From Chiloscyllium plagiosum (Eukaryota), in NCBI RefSeq assembly GCF_004010195.1, contig NC_057755.1:11565868-11626072 (forward strand): DNA of 60,205 nucleotides, read 5' to 3'. The position numbers were made by a program, and so were the translations under genes. Under the pieces are notes generated by a model. That model worked only from the letters and a program-made list of their open reading frames with translations. It was not told the origin of the DNA and did not search any database. Shown in pieces: positions 51,728 through 60,205 of the stretch (its first letter is position 1; each line of letters starts with the position of its first letter).

Positions 51728-54700
51728 AGAACATAGAACATAGAACAGAATACTACAGCACAGTACAGGCCCTTCAGCCCACAATGTTGGTCTAAGCACT
51801 TATCTTAATCAAAGACCAACTTACCTACACACCCCTCAATTTACTGTCCCCCATGTGCTTGTCCAGCAGTTGCTTAAATATCCCTACTATCTCTAACTCT
51901 ACTACCACTGCATTCATTCCATGGCAGTGCATTCCATGCACTCACCACTCTCTGCGTAAAGAACCTGCCTCTGACGTCTGCCCTATACCTTGCTCCAATT
52001 ACCTTTAAATTATGACCCCTTGTGACAGCCATTTCTGTCCTTGGGAAAAGTGTGTGGCTATTTACTCTATCTATACCTCTCATTAGTTTGTACACCTCTA
52101 TCAAGTCACCTCTCTTCATTTTCTCCAGTGTGAAAAGCCTTAGCTCACTCAACCTGTCTTCATAAGACAAGCCCTCCAATCCAGGCAGCATCCTGGTAAA
52201 TCTCCTCTGCCCCCTGTCTAAAGCATCTACATCCTTCCTATAATGAAGCGACTGGAACTGGATGCAATATTCCAAGTGTGGTCTAACCAGCGCTTTATAG
52301 AGCTGCAGCAAAGCCTCGCAGCTCTTAAACTCAATTCCCCTGTTAATGAAAGCCCATATGAAAACATCATATGCCTTCTTAACAACCCAATCAATTTGGG
52401 TGGCAACTTTTTGGGATCTATGTACGTGGACCCCAAGATCCCACTGTTCCTCCACACTGCCAAGAATCCTGTCTTTAACCGTGTTTTCAGCATTCAAATT
52501 CGACTTTGCAAAATGAATCACTTTACATTTATCCAGGTTGAACTCCATCTGCCACTTCTCAGCCCAGCTCTGCATTTTGTCTGTCTTGTTGTAGTCTGCA
52601 AATGCCCTTGACACTATCTACAACACCATCAACGTTCGCGTCATTGGCAAACTTAATAACCCATCTTCTGCTTCTTCATCCAAGTCATTTATAAAAACTG
52701 CAAAGAGCAGAGTCCCAAGAGCAGATCCCTGTAGGACATCACTGGTCACTGACTTCCAAGCGGAATACTTTCCATCCACTATCACTTGCTGTCTTCTTTT
52801 AGCCAGCCAATTCTGTATCCAGACAGCCAAATTTCCCTGTATTCCCTACCTCCTGACTTTCTGAATGAGCCTGCCATGGGAAACCTTATCCAATGCCTTC
52901 CTGGAATCATATACACCACATCCACTTCGTCAGTCTGTCTCATCACATCCACAAAGAACTCAATAAGACTGGTGAGTCATGACCTGCCCCTCACAAAGCC
53001 ATATTAACTATCTTTAATCAATTTATGTTTTTCCAAATAGTTACAAATCCTATTTCTTAGAATGCTTTCCAGTACCTTACTTACCACAAACATAAGATTG
53101 ACTGGTCTGTAATTCTCAGGAATTTCCCTATTCCCTTTCTTTAACAGAGGAATAACATTCACCTCTCTCTAATCATCTGGTACTACTCCTGTGGAGAGCA
53201 AGGATGCAAAGATTATTGCCAGAGGCACAACAATCTCATTCCTTGCTTCCCATAGTAACCCTGGATATATCTGGTCCAGCCCTGGGGACTTATCTACCTT
53301 GATGCATCCCAGAATTTCCAGCACATCCACTTCCATATCATCAATCTGTTCAAGCAATTAACCTGGTCCACGGTGTTCTCTCTCTTTGGTGAATACTGAA
53401 GCAAAAAACTCATTTGAGCCTCCACTACCTCTTCAGAGTCCAGTCACTATCCCTGATTGGCCCAACATTCTCCTTGATCTCTCTCTTATTCTTCACGTAG
53501 GTGTCCAATGCCTTTGGGTTTTCCCTAACCCTTCTCACCAAGACTTTCTCGTGCCCCCTCCCAGCTCTCCGCAGTCCAGTTTTGAATTCTTTCCTAGCTA
53601 CCCTGTAATCCTCTAAAGCTGTGTCAGATCCTTGTTTCCTCAACCTTAAGTAAGCTTCCTTCTTTTTCTTGACTAGAAGCCCCTCTTCTTCTCTTGTCAT
53701 CTAAGGCTCCTTCACCTTGCCATTCCTTGCCTGTCTCAGTGGGACAAAGTTATCCAACACTCGCAACAGGTGCTCCTTAAACAGCCTCCACATTTCTGTT
53801 GTGCATTTCCAGTAGAACAATTGTTTCCAATTTACACTCCACAGCTCCTGTCTAATACCAGTATAATTTCCACTGCCCCAGTTAAATACCTGCCCATACT
53901 GTCTGTTCCTTTCTCTCTCCATGGCTGTGATAAAGGTGAGGCAGTTGTGGTCACTGTCACCGAACGCTGTCCCACTGAGAGATCTGACACGTGGCCTGGC
54001 TCATTGCCTCATACCAAATTCAATATGCCTCCCCCAGTTGGTCTATCTACATATTGAGTCAGGAATCCTTCCTGGACACACCTGACAAAAATCGCTAAGG
54101 CAGTTCCAATCAATATTGGGTAAGTTGAAGTCATCCATAACAACAACTCTGTTCCATCTGCACCTTTCCAAGATCTGCTGTCCAAACACTTCTTCCATCT
54201 GTGTGTGTGTGTGGGAGGGGGAATGGTTGTATATAGAAAATTCCCAATAAAGTGACTGCTCCTTTCCTGTTACTCACTTCCACCCATACTGACTCAGTGG
54301 ACAAACCCTCCTTAACAACCTTCATTTCTGCACCTCTGATGCGTACTCTAATTAGCAATTCTAATCCCCCTCCTCTTTTATCCCCCTCCCTGATATAAGG
54401 ATCTAAACCCTGGAACATCCAACAACTGTTCCTGCCCTGGTGAAATCCATGTCTCTGTTGTGGCCACCACATCATAGTTCCAAGTACTGATCCATGCTCA
54501 AAGTTCATCACACTTATTCCTAACACTTCTTGCATTGAAACAGAAACACTGTAACCCATCCCTTTGCCCTATCAAAGCTGTAACAATAACTTATATGTTA
54601 ATAGATGCAGAAAGAGGGATGGAAAGGGAATCCTTTCTTGACAGACTCTCTGCAATTTATTCCTGTCTGTTCAACAACTACTCTCTCATCTGATCTGTCG

Positions 54701-55380
54701 CTCTGGTTTCCATCACCCTGCCAAACTAGTTTAAAGCCTCCCCAAGTGCTCCAGCAAATCTCCCGCACAGGATCTTGGTGTCCCTCCAGTTTCCATCCAA
54801 GACTTCCTTCATGTACAGGTCCCACCGTCCCCAGAAAGTACCCCAATGATCCACGTATCTGAAGCCCTCCCTTCTGCACCAGCCACGTATTTAGCTGCAC
54901 TCGATCCCTGCTCCTCACCTCACTAGCATGTGGCACTGGTTTTCTTTGTCCTGCTTTTTAGCTTCCAACCTAACTCCCTGAAATCACGTTTTAGATCCTC
55001 ATCCCTTTTCCTAGCTAGGTCATTGGTGCCAAAGTGCAACACAACTTCTAGCTGCTCACCCTCCCCCTTCAGAATCTTGTAGACTCGATCAGAACATCTG
55101 GCACCTGGGAGGCAACATACCTTCTGGGACACCCATTCGCTACCACAGTATCTCCTGTCAGTTCCTCTAACCAGTGTGTCTCCTACCGCTAATGGTTTTC
55201 TATTCTCTCCCTTTTCCTTCTGAACCACAGAGCCAGGCTCAGTGCCAGAGACCTGGCCACAATGGCTTTCTCCTGGTAGGTCATCCCCTGCAACAATATC
55301 CAAAACATTATACTTATTATTCAGGGGAACAGCCACAGGGGATCCCTGCACTATCTTCCTGTTCCCTTTCTATCCCCTTT
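51728..55380 (-). mobile_element. Near full-length decayed CR1 LINE (ORF1 with SGNH/esterase domain, ORF2 EN + RT, 3' tail)
   Basis: ORF1 AVGDTLVRG, CLPGAR, LHFGTNDL; endonuclease GGGLELL and ESVWVEV; RT and C-terminus RPHLEYCIQF, FFTQRVVSAWNALP; (TTCTATG)n tail. Confidence 0.92.
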
Positions 55381-55829
55381 TCTGAAGCCTTCTAACAGCT
55401 ACAGCTTTCTGCACTTTCTCAAAATACCTTTTTCCCATTACACCTTTAGCCATACTCCAGAAAGTATCCCCATGTGTTTGCATTCCTGACTGCATCGGTC
55501 ATTTGTCAGCCATGTAATGTTCAAGAAATTCTTTCAAATCAGAGTCCACCGGACCTACCATCCTCTGTTAGTGCTAACTTTTTTATTGTGTCCGCTGTTT
55601 TCTTTTTGTCGTTCTCAAACCAAATTTCCACCTCCTCCTTTCGAGCACTCACTTAATCCTGGGCCTAACATGGGGCAACTGCTCTCTTGATTTCAGGCTC
55701 AGGCAAGGTCTTGGAAAATTCAGAGATTACCCAGTCAGAGTGACTTAAAGTTACTACTTGTTGCCTATCACCAGGGAAGCCAAAATTATGTTGCCTATCT
55801 CTGAGAGGCAATAGTTCATACATACCGTG

Positions 55830-56148
55830 GGGCGGCACGGTGGCACAGTGGTTAGCACTGTTGCCTCACAGCGCCAGAGACCCGGGTTCAATTCCCGCCT
55901 CAGGCGACTGACTGTGTGGAGTTTGCACGTTCTCCCCGTGTCTGCATGGGTTTCCTCCGGGTGCTCCGGTTTCCTCCCACCATCCAAAGATGTGCAGGGT
56001 CAGGAGAATTGGCCATACTAAATTGCCCGTAGTGTTAGGTAAGGGGTAAATGTAGGGGTATGGGTGGGTTTCGCTTCGGCGGGTCGGTGTGGACTTGTTG
56101 GGCCGAAGGGCCTGTTTCCACACTGTAAGTAATCTAATCTAATCTAAT
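55830..56148 (+). mobile_element. Full-length young HE1 SINE
   Basis: A and B boxes, V-domain, CR1-like tail and (AATCT)n end. Confidence 0.93.
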
Positions 56149-56664
56149 ATGTGAAGATACAGCGAAGACAGTTAGTGCTCTATCAAACCACAATTAATTT
56201 ATTAAGTACTTTAGCAAATAACACACACTTTTAACTACTGAAAATATCTCAATCACTGTCTTTCACTATCCTGATTTCTGTAACTAAACCCAAGTGTTAT
56301 TACCCAGTAGAATTCACAGGTAGCCAAGCTAAAACTCTGTTCGATGTTTTCACCACACCTCCTGACAACAGGGCACCTTTTGCACAATGCTAATCTTCCA
56401 AGTGTTATTAAACAAAGGGATTTCTTTAGGTTCTTTATGCAGAAGTCTCTGTGCCGAGAATGTGCCTTATTTGGAACTATGCATGCATGTGACTAATCCT
56501 GAATGTTTTGTCCAAATGCATGTTTTATTTGGACTTATCTGTGGATGTGAGCAATCCTAAATGTTTTGTCCAAATGTATGCCTTAACTGGTAGAGACAGC
56601 AATTCCTGATTTCCTCTTGACTCCCAGCCTGACACAGTGGGATCCCATAATGGACTCCTGTGGG

Positions 56665-57030
56665 AAAACATCCCCAGTCTGTTCAGCCTTTCCCTATAGC
56701 TCAAATCCTCCAACCCTGGCAACATCCTTGTAAATCTTTTCTGAACCCTTTCAAGTTTCACAACATCTTTCTGATAGGAAGGAGACCAGAATTGCACGCA
56801 GTATTCGAATAGTGGCCTAACCAATGTCCTGTACAGCCATAACATGACCTCCCAACTCCTGTACTCAATACTCTGACCAATAAAGGAGAGCATACCAAAT
56901 GCCTTCTTCATTATCTTATCTACCCGCGAATCCACTTTCAAGGAGTTATGAACCTGCACTCTAAGATCTCTTTGTTCAGCAACACTCCCTAGAACCTTAC
57001 CATTAAGTGTGTTAGTCCTGCTAAGATTTG
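56665..57030 (-). mobile_element. CR1/HER1 ORF2 C-terminal fragment
   Basis: LYRTLVRPLFEYCVQFWSP...FTRMLPGLE. Confidence 0.88.
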
Positions 57031-57564
57031 CTAAAGACTACCCTACCTTGTCCTCATAACTCCACATTTGCAAGCTTGACTAACTCAGTGTAATTCCATT
57101 CACATAACTGCCTATTGTTAAGCTTCTCATCAGTTCCTATCAGTCCCTGTTATCTTCAGCCATATCCAATATAGACTCACACAGACCTAGGGTTTTAGTT
57201 TTGCTTTCAGTTGAGGTGTAGAGTTGGCTGTTGAAGACAACTGATGCAGCTGTTATTCTGCTACTGCAAAACTGCATGAGTTCTCTCTTTTCTGCCAGAT
57301 AGTTTATTTTGGTGTTCCTGTCTCCTGGACTAAAGAAGTGATAGCATGAGGAAAATCTGTTTTGCTGTATTTGCCTTTGCTATGAATATGTTTATGAGAT
57401 GCTGCTATACAGAGGAACCTAGATTATCCAAACGACATGGGCAGGATATATTTTGTCGGGAGCACTTAAAATGCCTGGACACAGTGGGTATGGACCATAC
57501 AGAGATAAATGAGATAAGTGTAATTTGTTGTTTGTTCATTGACATTGGCATAGTGGGCTGAAGG

Positions 57565-57750
57565 AAAAAGTGAGGACTGCAGATGCTGGAGACCAGAGTT
57601 GAAAAATGTGGTGCTGAAAAACACAGCAGGCTATGCAGCATCTGAGGAGCAGGAGAATCGACGTTTCGGGCATAAGCCCTTCTTCAGGAATTCTTCACGA
57701 TTCTCCTGCTCCTCGGATGCTGCCTGGCCTGCTGTGTTTTTCCAGCACCA
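57565..57750. mobile_element. Short PLE insertion with inverted partial pLTR, intact hammerhead core (57660-57687, minus) and 16-bp TSD
   Basis: CATAGTGGGCTGAAGG at 57549-57564 and 57751-57766; reverse complement reads CTGAAGA-A-GGGC-TTAT-GCCC-GAAACGTC. Confidence 0.9.
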
Positions 57751-58204
57751 CATAGTGGGCTGAAGGGCCTATTTCAATGCAGTTTATCTCTATGACCCTA
57801 AAGCCATTTCTTCCTACTCTCTGCTGGTTAATAAACCAGTTCTGAATCCATGCTAATGTGTTACTCCTGTAGATCACCAGTTCCACTAGTTACCCTTCTT
57901 ATGAAGACTACTTCCTTGAAAAAGATAATAAACTAATTTAAAACATCATTTTCATAAAATCATGTTGTCTCTGCCAGATCAGATCATATTTTCGAGGTAT
58001 CCTTCTACAACTTCCTTAGTAGAGGATAGAAACATCTTCCATTTGACAGTTGTAAGGTTAACTGAACTGCAGTTTACTGCTTTCTGCCCCCCTCCATTAT
58101 TGAATGAAGCTGTTATAATTGCTATTTTCCAATTAACCAGGACTCTTTCAGATTCGATAGCTGTGGTACAAGTTTGGTGTGTACGTTCCCAATATTAGAA
58201 TATA

Positions 58205-58412
58205 TAAAGGTTACCATTGTCCTGGAGAGTTATCAGGCTACTCTGTCTCATTATAGAGAGGTAACTGGTGATGGTTTATCCTAAAGGTCACTATGGCTCA
58301 GGTGAGTGGAGAAGTTGAGAAAGTGACTTTACTCAGCCAGTACAGGAATTGATTTAGTGCCATTGGCATCACATGTATTGTAAGCTCGACATCCAGCCAA
58401 CTGAGTTCACCG
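58205..58412 (-). mobile_element. Old tRNA-derived SINE (family distinct from HE1)
   Basis: Minus-strand head GGTGAACTCAGTTGG...TCAATTCCTGTACTGGCTG with degenerate A and B boxes. Confidence 0.55.
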
Positions 58413-58939
58413 ATCTCAGTTAGAACATATACTGGGTTTCAAAAACATTAGCTTTGAGGCACTTTCTGATGTCCAATTGTAATGAAAAGAATCAACCATA
58501 TGCGAATATTTATTTGCTATTTCATTCTAACCAATATCTAAACCGACCATTTTGGTCTGGAGCAAATTCTAATGTGTGTCAAATGCAGCAATGCAATTGT
58601 CTGCACAGATCCTGAAACAATTGTAACAAAATAGAATTTACAGGGTTGGAGGACAAATAAGGGCATTGTGCTGATAATGATATCTTGAATTTTTTCTTCA
58701 ATTAAAAACAAGTTGACATTGATTGAATATACGTTATGCAGAATAGGAGAGTTGTCATCAGGAAAATCATGGAACTGTTATTAATAATCATTGTGATGTA
58801 ACCCAGTGTGTTTGTTTCAAAGATATCCTAATTGTTTCTCTGGGGTTTACAACTGCTTTAATAAGAAATCCTTCGAACATTACAAAGGTTTTAGAAAATA
58901 ATCAACATTCTAGTTGGGGACCAAAAGTACAGATTCAAA

Positions 58940-59009
58940 ATGCATGGACAAGTGACAGGCATAGTGTATGCAATTTATTATCCTGTCCTGGCAGTTATTG
59001 GCGTGCCAG
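58940..59009 (+). CDS. Exon 1 of a second GPR139-like GPCR paralogue (exon 2 expected beyond the window)
   Basis: MHGQVTGIVYAIYYPVLAVIGVP then G|GTAAGA phase-1 donor; same YYPxLAxxGVP motif and intron position as 40465-40645. Confidence 0.8.
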
Positions 59010-59419
59010 GTAAGATTTTGTGATAAATTAAATGTTGTGAAAAAACTCATAGCATTGTTTGAATTGTCTCTCTGGCTCTGAAAAATTCCCTGTGCTTTAT
59101 TCCCTCTGCTTTGATAATAGTAATTTGATCTGCACTGTCAACTTTCTGATATTTGCCTGACGCAATGCCGTATACATGTCTAAAAAAAATTCCATCCCAG
59201 AAGAATTAATAGAATGCATTTTTTGTCAATCATAATTAATTTGAAGTGGCAATTGTGTCTGGATGCACAGTGCTACCATAGGGTTATTAGTATTCCTGAA
59301 TGTCATGTTTCAATATACGTTGATAAAGTTCTAGCATGGTCTGGTAAATGTCACACAAGTACCAATCAATGGCTGTCTCCAATAAGAAATGATATAACCA
59401 ATACGTCCTTGACATGGCT

Positions 59420-59735
59420 GTGTTTGATTTGCTTGGGTTGTTTTCTTTCGAGCAGAGCCTGAGAAGAGACCTGATTGTGATGTATGAGATTAAGAAAGTT
59501 ATGGACATAACTTTCATTGAAGGGTCAATAACAAGCAGGCATAATTTTAAGGCAAAGGTTCAAAGCAGATTTTAAAAATATGTTTTTCACCCAGAGGGTG
59601 CTTGGGATCTGGAATGCACTGCCTAGGAGGGCAGTTGAAGCAGGAAGTATCACAACAGTTAAAAAAGACATGGATGAGCACTTGAAACTTCATAAAATTC
59701 AAGGCTATGGGCCAAGTACTAGAAAGTGAGATGAT
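59420..59735 (+). mobile_element. Old CR1 3' end in the paralogue's intron
   Basis: TTTTTCACCCAGAGGGTG...TGGAATGCACTGCCT motif. Confidence 0.75.
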
Positions 59736-59934
59736 ACAGATATAATTCTGTATAATTCTATGAAAGATTAAAATTTTGGGAGTAGCCATTCACCAGAAAC
59801 TTAACTGACTCAGCCATGAAAATAAAATGGTTACAAGATCTAGTCAAAGGTTAAGAAATCTGTAGTAGTTCTGACTTACCAAAAGTTTATCTGTCTAACT
59901 GCAAAATGTATAGCTGGCTTTCTGGATTAAAGAT

Positions 59935-60205
59935 TTTCTTTTGTTCGTTCTCTCTTTCTGTCTTTCTTTCTTTCTCTCTTTCCTTCTGTATTTGTTTCTT
60001 TCATTCTTTCTCTCTTTCATTCTTTCTCTTTTCCTTTCTCTTCATTGCACATTTTCTTTCTTTTACTTTCTCTCTTCCTCTCTCTCTTTCTTCCTCTCTC
60101 TCTCTCTTTCTTCCTCTTTCTCTTTCTCCTTCCTCTTTCTCTCTCTTTTTCTTTTGTGCTCTCTGTCCTTCGTTCTTTGTTTCCTTCCCTTCTTTCTTTC
60201 TTTCT
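59935..60205. repeat. CT-rich simple repeat
   Basis: Polypyrimidine tract running to the window end. Confidence 0.95.

Larger units (their letters stand above)
47104..55560 (-). mobile_element. Fragmented retrovirus-like LTR element (putative gag ... tether - RNase H - integrase N-terminus), split by later insertions
   Basis: RNase H motifs VDGSS (48778), TELAAV (47805), IYSDSMY (47738), GNRKADELAK (47532); integrase Zn region YWWPGMKVNVEHFVKNCLI*AQ (~47150-47212); tether-like TPIQILLDG...TLLLQG (~48995-49070); gag-like PEPQNVGGGTL and DPVETLNKCRQ. Confidence 0.7.

Noticed and set aside
55830..55905. tRNA genes (also 15983, 38025-38095, 40081)
   Set aside because: They are SINE heads: followed by the V-domain and LINE tail, or matching such heads
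56350..56370. tRNA-Leu-like PBS (minus TGTTGTCAGGAG) for the retrovirus-like element
   Set aside because: Only a partial match with no adjacent LTR-terminal CA; not enough to call
56492..56580. Two ~29-bp direct repeats (AATCCTRAATGTTTTGTCCAAATGYATG)
   Set aside because: A simple local duplication with no further structure

Overview
Vertebrate genomic DNA, almost certainly from a shark/elasmobranch. This is an inference from HE1-type tRNA/V-SINEs, HER1-type CR1 LINEs and a shark-type ~69-bp minisatellite. Most of the window is nested, decayed retroelements: CR1, RTE, Rex1/Babar, Penelope-like elements (PLEs) carrying hammerhead-ribozyme cores, a Gmr1-type Gypsy element, a solo LTR, and a shattered retrovirus-like element with a tether, RNase H and integrase. 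There are two assembly gaps. One apparently intact host gene is present: a two-exon, 362-aa GPR139/GPR142-like class A GPCR (CDS 40465-40645 + 43328-44235). Exon 1 of a second, divergent paralogue lies at 58940-59009 and is absent from the ORF track. The most unusual structures are (i) a TSD-flanked insertion made of a PLE 3' end fused, at a 5-nt microhomology inside its hammerhead, to a ~1.7-kb inverted copy of nearby genomic DNA; (ii) a 236-bp zero-spacer palindrome built from two hammerhead-bearing PLE termini; (iii) the dual-RNase-H retrovirus-like relic. I found no unambiguous wholly new biological system. Family names come from motif recognition only, with no database searches, and TE boundaries are approximate.
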